A stretch of DNA of 63,837 nucleotides, the filler included, from Candidatus Rokuibacteriota bacterium (GTDB lineage Bacteria > JAUVQV01 > DATDCY01), in assembly GCA_031406795.1 (NCBI GenBank). It is 7 parts of 7 records of this genome, joined end to end, with 100 filler letters (N's around TTAATTAATTAA, not from the genome) between each part and the next. Parts side by side here need not be neighbours in the genome. Positions count along the whole stretch, not along the records: positions 49,885 to 60,371 come from JANOHV010000155.1; positions 60,472 to 63,837 come from JANOHV010000008.1; 5 more parts are not named here. One strand, written 5' to 3'. The position numbers and the translations under genes were made by a program. Below the pieces are notes generated by a model, which was not told where the DNA came from, searched no databases, and was given only the letters and a program-made list of their open reading frames with translations. Below are positions 51,574-62,165 of the stretch, piece after piece; the stretch's first letter is position 1; every line of letters begins with the position of its first letter.

Positions 51574-52673
51574 CCATCCAGACGCGTCGTCTGGCCAAGG
51601 CCGCCGGCCAGTTGCTGGTCGCCGGGTTCGACGGCACCGAACCGTCGCGCGAGATCCTCGCGCTGATCCGCGCCGGGCTCGGCGGCGTCATCCTCTACCG
51701 CAAGAACTGCGTCGATGCGCTGCAGGTGCTCGCGTTGACCAACACCCTGCAGGAGGCGGCCCGCGCGGCCGACCACGCGCAGCCGCTGTTGATCGCCATC
51801 GATCAGGAGCAGGGGCGGGTCGTGCGCATCACCGAAGGGGTCACCGTCTTTCCCGCAATGGGGGCGATCGCGCGCATCGGCGATCCGGATCTGGTCGCGC
51901 GGGTCGCGGCCGCAACGAGCCGCGAATTGCTGGCGATCGGCGTCAACTGGAACCTCGCCCCGGTGGCGGATGTTCTCTCCGTGCCGGATTGCCCGGTGGG
52001 CGACCGCAGCTGCGGCACCGATCCGTCGCAGGTCGCAACCCTGGTCGCGGCCTTCGTGCGCGGCGCCGCCGCCTGCGGCATGCGCACCTGCGCGAAGCAC
52101 TTCCCCGGACACGGGTCGACGGAAAAGGACAGCCACCTCGCCGCCCCCCGGGTCGTCCGCAGTCGGTCAGAACTCGAAGCCTGCGACCTCGTTCCCTTCC
52201 GTGCCGCGATCCAGGCCGGGGTCCCCGCGGTGATGACCGCGCACATCACCTACCCGGCGCTCGACCCGGACGCGCCGGCCTCGCTGTCGGAGCGCATCAT
52301 CGGCGGTCTGCTGCGCGCGCAACTGGATTTCCCCGGGGTCGTCGTCTCCGACGACCTCGAAATGGCCGGAATTGCCTGGAACCGGCCGCTCGATTCCTCC
52401 GCCATCGCGGCCGTGCGCGCCGGATCGGACCTGCTGATCATCTCGCGCATGCTGCTGGCCGAGCGCTGCATCCCGGGCCTGCTCGCCGATCTGCGCCTGG
52501 CGATTCAGGAGCAGACCGTCGCGGCGGCGACCGTCATCGCCGCGCTCAAGCGTGTCCGCCGGTTCAAGCAGGGTCTCGAGTGGCACGCCGACGCCGACGC
52601 GGCCCGCGTCGTTCTGCGCGCACCCGGACACCTGGCCCTGCTCGAGGAGGTTGAGCGCCGTGCCGTCCGCTGA
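51570..52673 (+). CDS. nagZ: beta-N-acetylhexosaminidase (GH3)
   Basis: DQEQG, KHFPGHG...DSH, SDDLEM. Confidence 0.92.
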   Translation: MTIQTRRLAKAAGQLLVAGFDGTEPSREILALIRAGLGGVILYRKNCVDALQVLALTNTLQEAARAADHAQPLLIAIDQEQGRVVRITEGVTVFPAMGAIARIGDPDLVARVAAATSRELLAIGVNWNLAPVADVLSVPDCPVGDRSCGTDPSQVATLVAAFVRGAAACGMRTCAKHFPGHGSTEKDSHLAAPRVVRSRSELEACDLVPFRAAIQAGVPAVMTAHITYPALDPDAPASLSERIIGGLLRAQLDFPGVVVSDDLEMAGIAWNRPLDSSAIAAVRAGSDLLIISRMLLAERCIPGLLADLRLAIQEQTVAAATVIAALKRVRRFKQGLEWHADADAARVVLRAPGHLALLEEVERRAVR

Positions 52674-53742
52674 AGCGCTCGTCTGGGCACGCCGCGCTTT
52701 TCCCGGCCTCGACCCGGCCAGCGCCCGCCCGCTCCCCCCGGCGGGTTCCTCGCGCGTGCTCACGCGGCTTTTCCACACGGGCGGTAGCCTCGTTCTCGTC
52801 GAGAACCCCGTCGAGATCACCGCCGCCGTCAACGAGAACGACGCCTTTGGCTACCTCGCGGCGCACCTCGGGGCGCGCGGGATCCCGGTGCCCGGCGTGC
52901 TCGCCTACAAGCGGTCGCGCGGCTGGTCGCTCGTCGAGGATCTCGGCGATCAGGACCTGTACGGCGAAGTCCGACACGCGCTGCGGGGACTGGTCTGCGA
53001 CCCCGCGGCGCGCGAGCGCGTCGCCGCGCTCTATCGGGAGGCGCTCGACGTGCTCGTGCGCCTGCAGATCGACGGCGCCGCCGGCTTCGACCCACGCCGC
53101 ACGCACAACCCCGCGCGCTACGACGCCGCGCTGATGCGGGAGGGAGAGTCCGGCTATTTCGCCCGCGAACTGCTCGGCCGCCACCTCGGCCTGAACATGC
53201 CTCCCGAACTCGAGGCCGAACTCGACCGGCTCGCCGGACAGGCGTCCGCAGCCGGGGCAGACTACCTGCTGCACCGCGACTATCAGTCGCAGAACCTCAA
53301 GATCCATATCGGACGCATTTGCGTCATCGACTTTCAGGGCGCGCGCCTCGGGCCGCCGCAGTACGATCTGGCTGCCCTGCTGCTCGACCCCTACGCGGAT
53401 CTGCCGCCGGATCTGCGCCGCGAGTTGCTCGATTACTATCTCGGCCAGTTCACCGCTCGCACGCGCGAGGATCGCGGCCATTTCCTGGAGCACTTCCCCC
53501 TCGTCGCCGCGCACCGGCTCATGCAGGCGCTCGGCGCTTACGCCTTTCTCGGGCTGCAGCGCGGCAAGCCGGCGTTTCTCGCGCACATCCCCGTGGCGCT
53601 GCGCCTGCTCGAGGAGTCGCTGGCCCCGATCGCCGGCACCGTCCCGCGGCTTCTCGCCACGGTTGCCGCGGCGCGCCAGCACCTGCCGGCGGATGCAGGC
53701 GGCGACGCCCCGGAAGCCACGGGCCAGGCACCGGGCCGATGA
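52660..53742 (+). CDS. amgK: APH-family kinase, probable anomeric MurNAc/GlcNAc kinase
   Basis: EDLGD, HRDYQSQNL, IDFQGA, YDLAALL.D; operon context. Confidence 0.8.
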   Translation: MPSAEALVWARRAFPGLDPASARPLPPAGSSRVLTRLFHTGGSLVLVENPVEITAAVNENDAFGYLAAHLGARGIPVPGVLAYKRSRGWSLVEDLGDQDLYGEVRHALRGLVCDPAARERVAALYREALDVLVRLQIDGAAGFDPRRTHNPARYDAALMREGESGYFARELLGRHLGLNMPPELEAELDRLAGQASAAGADYLLHRDYQSQNLKIHIGRICVIDFQGARLGPPQYDLAALLLDPYADLPPDLRRELLDYYLGQFTARTREDRGHFLEHFPLVAAHRLMQALGAYAFLGLQRGKPAFLAHIPVALRLLEESLAPIAGTVPRLLATVAAARQHLPADAGGDAPEATGQAPGR

Positions 53743-54725
53743 ACCCGCCAGCGCCCCCGGTGCGCGCGATGGTGCTCGCGGCAGGACTCGGAACCCGGCT
53801 GCGGCCGCTGACCGACGCGCTGCCCAAGCCGCTCGTCCCGATCGCCAACAGGCCGCTCCTCGAGTACACCTTCGCCCTGCTCGCCGGCAGCGGCGTGCGC
53901 GAGGCAATCGTGAACTCCCACTATCTGCCGGACATCTTCGAAGAGGCGCTGCGCCGCCTCGACGCCTCGGGAGTGGCGCTGCACGTCTCCCGGGAGCGGC
54001 GGATCCTCGGCACCGCGGGCGGGCTCAAGCGGGCCGGCAGTTTCCTCGCCGGCGGGACGTTCCTGCTGCTCAACGGGGACTTCCTCGTTGATCTCGATCT
54101 TCGGCAAGTGCTAGACTTTCATCAAAAGCAAGGAGCTGCAGCCACCATGGTCCTCACGCCAGATCCAGCCGCGGGCGTCCTCGGCGTCGATGCCGACGGC
54201 GTCATCCGGCGCTTCATCGAGCCGCGGCCGCCCGGCGAGCCCGTCGAGCGTCTCTCCTGCGGCTTCACCGGCATCCACGTCCTCGAGCCCGAGGTCCTGG
54301 CCCTGATCCCGGCGAACCAGCCCTGGGAGATCAACCGCCAGGTCTACCCCGAACTCATCGCCCGCGGCCAACGCGTCTGCGGCTTCGTCCACCGGGGGTA
54401 CTGGCGCGAGGCCGGCAGCCCGGCGGGGTACCTGGCCGCGAACCGCGAAGTCCTCGCCGGACGGGCGGGCGCCCTCGCCCCCCGCCCCGGCGCCGGCACC
54501 CGGTCGCTCGCGGGAGCCCGCTGCAGCGGCCCGGTGCTCGCCGGGCAAGGCGTCCGGGTCGGCCGGGATGTCGAGGTCGGGCCCGAAGTCGTCATCGGGC
54601 CCGAAGTGCGCATCGGGGACGGGGCGCGTATCCGCCGCTCGGTGATCCTCGAGGGCACCGACGTGCCCGCGGGAGCCGATCTCGATGGCGCGACCCTCTT
54701 CCCGGGCGGCGGGTTCTCCGCGTGA
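53739..54725 (+). CDS. murU: Sugar-phosphate nucleotidyltransferase, probable MurU
   Basis: LAAGLGTRLRPLT..PKPL, LGTAGG, NGD; follows amgK. Confidence 0.75.
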   Translation: MNPPAPPVRAMVLAAGLGTRLRPLTDALPKPLVPIANRPLLEYTFALLAGSGVREAIVNSHYLPDIFEEALRRLDASGVALHVSRERRILGTAGGLKRAGSFLAGGTFLLLNGDFLVDLDLRQVLDFHQKQGAAATMVLTPDPAAGVLGVDADGVIRRFIEPRPPGEPVERLSCGFTGIHVLEPEVLALIPANQPWEINRQVYPELIARGQRVCGFVHRGYWREAGSPAGYLAANREVLAGRAGALAPRPGAGTRSLAGARCSGPVLAGQGVRVGRDVEVGPEVVIGPEVRIGDGARIRRSVILEGTDVPAGADLDGATLFPGGGFSA

Positions 54726-55630
54726 GCCGCCGCGCCTCGCTGTTCGCGGCCGCCGTCCTCGGCGCCTGCCTGTTCGCGCCGCCGGGCGGCGCAACCGCTG
54801 AGGGCCTCCCCGAGGGCGGGCTGCTGCACACGCCGTTCGGCGAGGCCCTCGCCGGGCGCCTCGTCGCCGACGGCTTCGACCGCGGCCGCGTCGAGGCGCT
54901 GCTCGGCGACAAGCGGCTGGCGATCAACGGCACCACGCTCTCCTACGCAATCGTCTACCGCGAAACCAAGGCCGATTATTCTCAGTTCCTCACCGAGGCG
55001 CGGCTGTCGCGGGCCCGGGCGTTCCTCGCCGCGAACCGCGAGTTATTCGCGGCCGCCACGGCGCGCTCGGGTGTTCCGGACGAAGTCATCGCATCGATCC
55101 TGATGATCGAATCGGATTTCGGCAACTACCGCAAGCTGCACACCGTCCCTGGCGTCTTCGTGACCCTGCTCTGGGCAGCCGATCCCGCAAACTTCGAGAC
55201 CGTGCGGGCGCTCATCCAGAAACGCCTGCCGGACGTGACCGCCGAGAAGATTCGCGAGAAATCGAAATCCAAGGCAAAGTGGGCGTACGAGCAAATCGCC
55301 TACCTGATGCGGATGGGTGAGCGCGAGAAAATCGACCTGTTCACCCTCTATGGCTCGTGGGCCGGGGCCTTCGGACTGTCGCAGTTCATCCCCTCGAGCT
55401 ACTGGGGCTACGCCGTGGACGGCAGCGGCGACGGCCGCGCCGACCTCGACAACGTCGCCGACGCGGTCTTCTCGGTGGGCAACTACCTCAAGAGCTTCGG
55501 CTGGAAGGACGGTCTCTCCGAAGAGAAACGGCGGGCGGTAGTGCGCCGCTACAACAACAGCGAGTTATACGCGGCAACAGTGCTGGACGCCGCGACAAGA
55601 CTTCGCGGAGCAACGGCACGGACTCCATGA
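54722..55630 (+). CDS. mltB: Lytic murein transglycosylase B family
   Basis: IESDFG, GSWAGAFGLSQFIPSS, SVGNYL, RYNNS. Confidence 0.88.
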   Translation: MSRRASLFAAAVLGACLFAPPGGATAEGLPEGGLLHTPFGEALAGRLVADGFDRGRVEALLGDKRLAINGTTLSYAIVYRETKADYSQFLTEARLSRARAFLAANRELFAAATARSGVPDEVIASILMIESDFGNYRKLHTVPGVFVTLLWAADPANFETVRALIQKRLPDVTAEKIREKSKSKAKWAYEQIAYLMRMGEREKIDLFTLYGSWAGAFGLSQFIPSSYWGYAVDGSGDGRADLDNVADAVFSVGNYLKSFGWKDGLSEEKRRAVVRRYNNSELYAATVLDAATRLRGATARTP

Positions 55631-55956
55631 GCACGGAGGGCAGGCAACGACGCCGCGACAAGCGCAAATTCAAGCGGATCTTCGTCCGTTACGGCCCCAA
55701 GGAGACCCTGCACCGGGCCGTCGCGCAGCAGATTTCGCCGAGCGGCTTCTTCCTGGCGACGAACGAGGTCGTCTACGCCAACAACAGCCCGCTTCTGGTC
55801 GAGATCAAGGGGCCGTCGGAAACCTGGCTCGTCGCGGGGATCGTGCGCCACGCCATCAAGGTGCACCCGAGCATGGCCGGCTTCACCAAGCCCGGGATGG
55901 GCGTGGAACTGACGCACATCCCCGACGCCTGCCGCGATTACCTCGCGTCCCTGTGA
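55627..55956 (+). CDS. PilZ-like protein
   Basis: RRDKR, ISPSGFF, GMGVE. Confidence 0.6.
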   Translation: MSTEGRQRRRDKRKFKRIFVRYGPKETLHRAVAQQISPSGFFLATNEVVYANNSPLLVEIKGPSETWLVAGIVRHAIKVHPSMAGFTKPGMGVELTHIPDACRDYLASL

Positions 55957-55963
55957 GCGACCG

Positions 55964-56509
55964 TTACGGGACGAAGACCGCGGCGGCGACGACGGTGGTC
56001 CAGAAGCCGCGCTTGTCGCCGATCGCCGACTGCGTGAAGTTCGCCGTCTTGTAGATCTGATTGTTGATCTTCCAGAGTTCCTTGCGCTCGTCCCATTGCA
56101 CGTTCTCGTCGAACTCGATGCCGAGCGTCGTGGCCAGCATCGACGCCGCCAGGTCCTCCGCGTAGTCGCCCGAGTTCTCCTCGGTCAGCCCGAAGCAGTG
56201 GTGTTCGGAGAGATAGCCGTACTGTGCCTTGTCCGAGGGCCGCGCCACGCCGATCGACGCGGCGCAGAGGCGGTTGGGCTCGTTCGTCGCCTGCTCGGCG
56301 AGCACGCAGTGCACGATCGCGCCGGGACGGAGCATCGTGTTGCCCTTGGTGCGCGTCACGACCTTGCAGTTGGGAGGGAAGATGCTCGAGACGCGCACCA
56401 GATTGTACTTCTCGATCTTCGCGTCGCGCAGGGCCTTTTCGAACGACTGGAGCTTCTCCTTGTGCGTCCCCACACCCTTGGTGAAGAAAACCTTTGTCGG
56501 CACGTACAT
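55964..56509 (-). CDS. pdaD: Pyruvoyl-dependent arginine decarboxylase
   Basis: [30 protein letters not shown]. Confidence 0.9.
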   Translation of the reverse strand: MYVPTKVFFTKGVGTHKEKLQSFEKALRDAKIEKYNLVRVSSIFPPNCKVVTRTKGNTMLRPGAIVHCVLAEQATNEPNRLCAASIGVARPSDKAQYGYLSEHHCFGLTEENSGDYAEDLAASMLATTLGIEFDENVQWDERKELWKINNQIYKTANFTQSAIGDKRGFWTTVVAAAVFVP

Positions 56510-56523
56510 GATCTCACCTCCCC

Positions 56524-57687
56524 CTATCGCGTCGGACGTTTCGGCCGGCCGGCGGGCGGCACCTGCGCCGCCCGCTGCCTGAGCCGCTCGATGCGCGCGT
56601 GCAACTTCTTGTTGCCGCGGTACTTGGCGACCAGCTCCTGCAGCGCCGCCTCCTTCTTCTCCAGCAGCTTCCTGCGCCGGCGCGGCTTCTGCGTCGCCAG
56701 CAGCCAGGCGGTGAGCAGCGGCAGTGCGATCGACGCGTCGCAGTAGGCGGTGACGTTGTTGATCGTCGCGTCCTTGACCTTGCCCCAGGAGCGCGCCTCG
56801 GAGGCCGTCGCGCCCGAGAGCCCGCCCCAATGCGGCGCGTCCGCCGTGTACTGGACGAAGAAGTCGTGCCCGCCCTGGTTGTCCTCGAGGATCTGCCAGA
56901 GCGTCGGCTGGGTCTGCATGAAGAAGTTCTTCGGGGCGCCGCCGCCGACCATCAGCGCGCCGTTCTTCTTCGCCATGCGCACCAGGGCGGCGGTCTCGAG
57001 CACGTCGAGCGAGGGGTCGACCGGAACGCGGTTGCCCTCGAGATAGTTGATGACCAGGTTCATCCCGACCGAGGAGTCCCCCGGGGAGGCGACGTAGACC
57101 GGCACCCCGAGCTGCGCCGCCCGGCCGACGAAGGACTTGCCGGCCTGGGGCGCGCGCCGGTTGACCTCCTGCCCGAGAATGGCGTGCACGTCCGCGGTCG
57201 AGACCGGCTGGGGGAACTCGCGGTTGAGAAACGCCTCGATGATCGTGCGGTCGGTCTCGATCATCGTGTCGTCCTCCTGGATGAAGACATCGTAGATGCG
57301 CGCGATGCCGGCGTCCTTGAGCTCGTTGTCGTCGACCTGGAAATGCCCCTGACACATCGGGAAGTCGAAGGCGCGGTGCAGATCGTGATAGAGATTCGCG
57401 CCGGTGGAGATGATCCAGTCGACCCACCCGTTTTCCATCAGGGTGATCAGCGCGCCGGACATCCCGATCGGCGTCATCGCGCCGGCGAGGGTCAGGCAGA
57501 CCGTGGCGTCGGCCTTGAGCATGTTCGCATAGACGTCGCAACTCTCGGCGAGGCGCCGCGCGTTGAAACCCATCCCGGCGTAGACCTCGATGAGGTCCTT
57601 GACGGACATCCCGCGGCGCAGGCGGATCGGCTCGATGCTCCGGCCCTGCAGGTACTTCTTGTCCATCGCCTTGCACTGTCGGTTCAT
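56524..57687 (-). CDS. Deoxyhypusine-synthase-like protein (homospermidine synthesis)
   Basis: [31 protein letters not shown]. Confidence 0.88.
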   Translation of the reverse strand: MNRQCKAMDKKYLQGRSIEPIRLRRGMSVKDLIEVYAGMGFNARRLAESCDVYANMLKADATVCLTLAGAMTPIGMSGALITLMENGWVDWIISTGANLYHDLHRAFDFPMCQGHFQVDDNELKDAGIARIYDVFIQEDDTMIETDRTIIEAFLNREFPQPVSTADVHAILGQEVNRRAPQAGKSFVGRAAQLGVPVYVASPGDSSVGMNLVINYLEGNRVPVDPSLDVLETAALVRMAKKNGALMVGGGAPKNFFMQTQPTLWQILEDNQGGHDFFVQYTADAPHWGGLSGATASEARSWGKVKDATINNVTAYCDASIALPLLTAWLLATQKPRRRRKLLEKKEAALQELVAKYRGNKKLHARIERLRQRAAQVPPAGRPKRPTR

Positions 57688-57938
57688 CGGCACCCTCCTT
57701 AGGCAACCTGTGGTGGCGGGGGATTTGTAGCATTCCGCGGCCGGTTCTTCAACCCCGGCCGCGAATGTACGGCAGCAGGGGGATCCCCGCGCCTGCCGCA
57801 CGAAGGCCCCGCCAGCCGTTGACACGGCGGTTCCCGTGCGGTTACATAGGATTTGCAGCGGCGCCTTGACGCCGTCGAAGACCATGGCTCCGGCAACCGG
57901 GCGCCCCGTGCGCCCGCAGGCAAAAGAGGAGATCACCG

Positions 57939-59141
57939 ATGCATCCGTACCGCGCAACGCAGATCAGCGAACACGTCTGGTGGGTGGGAGCCGTGGACTG
58001 GAATATGCGCGACTTTCACGGCTACTCGACCGACCGCGGCACCACGTACAACGCCTACCTGGTGATGGGCGAGAAGATCACCTTGATCGACACCGTAAAG
58101 GCGCCCTTCTGCGGCGAGTTGCTCGGCCGCGTCGCCTCCGTCGTCGACCCGGCCGAGATCAGCTACATCGTCTCAAACCACGCGGAGATGGACCACTCCG
58201 GAGGCCTGGCGACCGTCATCGGCGCGGTGAAACCCGAAAAGGTCTTCGCCTCGCAGTTGGGTGCGCGAGCGCTCGCGGAGCACTTCCGGCTGCCGCTGCC
58301 GATCACGCCGGTGAAAGACGGCGAGGTCCTCGACCTCGGGAATCTGAAGATCACCTTCGCCGAAACCCGGATGGTGCATTGGCCCGACAGCATGGTGTCG
58401 TGGCTCCCCGGGGACGACGTGCTCTTCTCGCAGGACGGTTTCGGCATGCACCTGGCCAGCAGCGAACGATTCGCCGATCAGATCGACGCGTCGGTCCTCG
58501 AGTTCGAAGGCGCCCGCTACTTCGCCAACATCCTGCTGCCGTTCGCCCCGCTCGTCGCCAAAGTCATCGCCCGGCTCCCGACGCTCGGGATCGCCCCGAA
58601 GGTCATCGCCCCGGATCACGGGCCGATCTGGCGGCAGGACCTCGGGCAGATTCTCGGCTGGTACGCGACCTGGACGCTCCAGAAGAAACGCCGCAAGGCG
58701 CTCGTGGTCTACGACACGATGTGGAACAGCACCTCGCAGATGGCGCACGCGATCGCCGACGGGCTCGACGCCGGAGGCGTGAGCGTCAAGCTGATGTCGC
58801 TCAAGGCCAACCACCGCAGCGACGTCGTGCACGAGGTGCTCGATGCCGGCGCCCTGCTGGTCGGCTCGCCGACGCTCAACAACAACATTTACCCGTCGCT
58901 CGCGGACTTCCTGACCTACCTGAAAGGGCTCAAGCCCCAGAATCTGATCGGCGCCGCCTTCGGTTCCCACGGCTGGAGCGGCGAAGCGGTGGGGCAGGTG
59001 AAGGAGTACCTCGAGGCGATGAAAGTGGAACTGGTCCACGAGGGGCTGCGCCAGAAGTTCGTCCCGGATGCGAACTGCCTCGGCGAGTGCGCCGCACTCG
59101 GAAAGACCACCGCCGAAAAACTCATCGCCCGGGTCGGTTAG
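57939..59141 (+). CDS. fprA: Flavodiiron protein (A-type flavoprotein)
   Basis: GTTYNAY, NHAEMDHSG, HWPDSM, GSPTLNN, AFGSHGWSGE. Confidence 0.93.
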   Translation: MHPYRATQISEHVWWVGAVDWNMRDFHGYSTDRGTTYNAYLVMGEKITLIDTVKAPFCGELLGRVASVVDPAEISYIVSNHAEMDHSGGLATVIGAVKPEKVFASQLGARALAEHFRLPLPITPVKDGEVLDLGNLKITFAETRMVHWPDSMVSWLPGDDVLFSQDGFGMHLASSERFADQIDASVLEFEGARYFANILLPFAPLVAKVIARLPTLGIAPKVIAPDHGPIWRQDLGQILGWYATWTLQKKRRKALVVYDTMWNSTSQMAHAIADGLDAGGVSVKLMSLKANHRSDVVHEVLDAGALLVGSPTLNNNIYPSLADFLTYLKGLKPQNLIGAAFGSHGWSGEAVGQVKEYLEAMKVELVHEGLRQKFVPDANCLGECAALGKTTAEKLIARVG

Positions 59142-59305
59142 CCCGGGTCGCTGGGGAGGCCCCGGCACGCCACGGCGGCGTTGCTTCTCGCGTCGCTTGT
59201 GCGGCGGGCACGAGCCCGCCTCCGCGCACGCTCGGCGCTGCCTTGCCGTGCCGCACCGGGACGCTCCCGATCGACCCGGGCAGCACGTTCAGGAACTGGA
59301 TCGGA

Positions 59306-60160
59306 TCAGAGCTCGCGCGCTGAAAAGGTGTCGCAGCGGGCGATGTCGCCGCTCTCGAAGCCGCGGCGGAACCAGCCGGCGCGCTGCGCCGAGGAGCCGT
59401 GGGTGAAGCTGTCCGGTACGACGCGCCCGCGCGTCTGGCGCTGAAGGCGGTCGTCCCCGATCGCGGCGGCCGCTCGCAGCGCCTCCTCGAGGTCGCCGGG
59501 ATCGAGCAGCCCCCGCGCCTTGTCCGCGCGGCTGCCCCAGACCCCGGCGAAACAATCCGCCTGCAATTCGAGGCGCACCGAGAGGTTGTTCGCCTCGCGC
59601 TCGCCCGCCCTGCCCCGCGCCTCGCGCACTTTCGCCTCGAGGCCGAGAAGGTTCTGCACGTGGTGCCCGACCTCGTGGGCGAGCACGTAGGCCTGCGCGA
59701 AGTCACCGGATGCGCCGAAGCGCCGATCGAGCTCGCCGAAGAAGGAAAGGTCGACATAGAGCTTGTGGTCGCCGGGGCAGTAGAACGGGCCGGTCGCCGC
59801 ACCGGCCATGCCGCAGGCGGACTCGACCGCTTCGGTGAACAGCACGAGCTTCGGCGCCTCGTAGGCCCGGCCCTTCTCCCGGAAGATTGCTCCCCAGGTG
59901 TCCTCGGTGTCGGCGAGGACCACCGAGGCGAATTCGGCGAGCCTGTTCTCGGCCGCGGGCCGCGGCTCGTTCGTCTGCTCGACGCTCGGGCTGCCTCCCG
60001 GGGGGATCGTGTTCAGAATCGTCGCGGGATCGATCCCGAAGTACAGGCCGATGAGCACCAGCACCAGCGTCCCGAGGCCGCCGCCCGCAAGCCCCGGGGT
60101 GATGCGCAGACCCCTGCGGTCTTCCACGTTGTCGCTGCGGCGGCCGCTCTCCCAGCGCAT
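59306..60160 (-). CDS. YpfJ-like neutral zinc metallopeptidase
   Basis: GPFYCP, AHEVGHHVQ, ELQADC, SFTHGS. Confidence 0.92.
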   Translation of the reverse strand: MRWESGRRSDNVEDRRGLRITPGLAGGGLGTLVLVLIGLYFGIDPATILNTIPPGGSPSVEQTNEPRPAAENRLAEFASVVLADTEDTWGAIFREKGRAYEAPKLVLFTEAVESACGMAGAATGPFYCPGDHKLYVDLSFFGELDRRFGASGDFAQAYVLAHEVGHHVQNLLGLEAKVREARGRAGEREANNLSVRLELQADCFAGVWGSRADKARGLLDPGDLEEALRAAAAIGDDRLQRQTRGRVVPDSFTHGSSAQRAGWFRRGFESGDIARCDTFSAREL

Positions 60161-60473
60161 GATCGGGTCAGTCCCCCTCGCACAGTGTAGACGCTTTCTG
60201 CGCGGAAGAAAACCCTCCGGGCACTCCTCAGCACGGCTACGTCAAAGTCCGTCGGTCTCCCGAGGCGGCTCGGCGAGCAATGGTGGCACCCACGGGCCCA
60301 ACCGTACGGCTACGGGGCTGATCCGGGTTGCGAGAGGGGTGCAAGAACGCGGCAGCGGGTGCCTGAGGGCTNNNNNNNNNNNNNNNNNNNNNNNNNNNNN
60401 NNNNNNNNNNNNNNNTTAATTAATTAANNNNNNNNNNNNNNNNNNNNNNNNNNNNNNNNNNNNNNNNNNNNCG

Positions 60474-61270
60474 CTCTATCTCGCCCGCGCTCCGGGGCTC
60501 GTGCTGTTCGCCTCCGAGCTCAAAGGGATCATGGCCTGCCCCGCCTTCTCCCGGGAGGTCGACCGCGCCGCGCTGCAGCATTACCTGTCGTTCCAGTACG
60601 TTCCCGCCCCGCTGGCGATCTTCCGTGACGCGGAAAAGGTGTTGCCCGGGCGGATCGTCACCATCGGCGCCGACGGGTCGCGAAGCGAGCGCCGCTACTG
60701 GTCGCTCGCCGAGTGCTGGGACCCGGCCGCCGGCGCCCGGCGCACCGAGGCCGACCTCTTCGACGAACTTAAGGGACTGCTCGCCTCCTCGATCCGCTAC
60801 CGGATAATCAGCGATGTTCCGCTCGGCGCGTTCCTCTCCGGCGGCGTCGACTCCTCGCTCGTCGTGGCGCTGATGCAGCGCGAGGCCCACGGCGCCGGTC
60901 AAGACCTTCTCGATCGGCTTCTCCGAGCCGGGATACGACGAATCCGGGTACGCCCGCGCGGTCGCCGCCCACCTGGGAACGGAGCACCACGAGAAAATCT
61001 GCACGGCTGCGGAGGCCCTCGCGCTCGTCCGAAGGATTCCCGATGTGTACGACGAGCCGTTCGCCGACTCCTCGTCGATCCCGACGATGCTCGTCTCGGC
61101 CTTTACCCGGGAGCACGTCACGGTCAGCCTTTCGGGCGACGGCGGCGACGAGCTGTTCTGCGGTTATCCCCGCTACGACTGGATCCGGTATGCGGGGTTG
61201 CTGAAAAACGTGCCCGCGGCGCTGCGTGTCCCCGCCTGCCGACTGCTTGGGCGAATTCCGATCCACAACG
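60474..61270 (+). pseudogene. asnB: Asparagine synthase middle part; +1 frameshift near 60888; fused at ~61270 to a glycosyltransferase tail
   Basis: FASELKG, LSGGVDSS, KTFSIGF, DEPFADSS, SGDGGDELF. Confidence 0.8.
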
Positions 61271-61376
61271 CCTCTCCCGGGACGCCGGCGCCTACGCTCG
61301 CCGGCATTACGACATCCGGCGGCAGATCGAATCCGACCGGCTCTGGCTGTCGGGTTCGCGCGAAGGCTGACGGACG

Positions 61377-62165
61377 ATGTTTTCCCCGGAACAGCTCAGG
61401 TCGATCCGCGAAGAAGAACTTAAAGCGGTCCTCCGCCATCTCCCGCCACAGGGCGCCTCAATCCTCGAGATCGGCGGCGGTGCCGGGTTTCAGGCGAGAG
61501 GTCTCGCGGATCGCGGCTACGAGGTGGACGCCATCGACATCGCTGCGCGGGAAGCGGATTCGGCCAACGTCTTCCCCGTCATCGGGTACGACGGCCGCCG
61601 TTTCCCTTTCGCAGACCGCTCGCACGATGCGGTCTTCTCGTCAAACGTGCTGGAACACCTCACGGAGCCCGGTCTGATCCACCGGGAATGCCGGCGGGTC
61701 CTCAAGCCGGAGGGCTCTTGTGTGCATGTCGTGCCCACTGCCGTCTGGCGCTTCTGGGAATCGGCCGGCTACCACCCCGCTCTCGCACTTCGGTTCGTCC
61801 GGTCGGCCGTGGCCTGGCTGGCCCCCCGGAAAACCCGGTTCGCCGCAGGCGGCGACATCCCGGGCTTTCGCCCCCGGGGGATCCGCGAACGCCCGCCCGG
61901 GGAACTTCTCCGCCGCGGGTTGTTCCCCGCCCCGCATGGCGCCCGCGGCAATGCATTGTCGGAACTTCTGGCGTTTTCCGTTCGGTCATGGAGACGCCAC
62001 TTCCTTGAAAACGGCATGGAGATCCTGCTCGTCGAACCGATGCGACTCTTCTACACTGGCCACATGTTCCTGGGACGCCGCTGGTCGTTGGCTTCGCGCC
62101 GGAGAGCCTCCGAATTCCTCGGGAGCGCCAGCATCCTCTTCAAGGTACGGTTCCGCGACCAATGA
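61377..62165 (+). CDS. Class I SAM-dependent methyltransferase
   Basis: ILEIGGGAG, FSSNVLEH, RVLKPEG. Confidence 0.85.
   Translation: MFSPEQLRSIREEELKAVLRHLPPQGASILEIGGGAGFQARGLADRGYEVDAIDIAAREADSANVFPVIGYDGRRFPFADRSHDAVFSSNVLEHLTEPGLIHRECRRVLKPEGSCVHVVPTAVWRFWESAGYHPALALRFVRSAVAWLAPRKTRFAAGGDIPGFRPRGIRERPPGELLRRGLFPAPHGARGNALSELLAFSVRSWRRHFLENGMEILLVEPMRLFYTGHMFLGRRWSLASRRRASEFLGSASILFKVRFRDQ

Noticed and set aside
55964-57733. 589-aa ORF
   Set aside because: The real gene starts at 56509 after a GGGGGAGG RBS; the upstream part is off-frame to the DHS-like gene.
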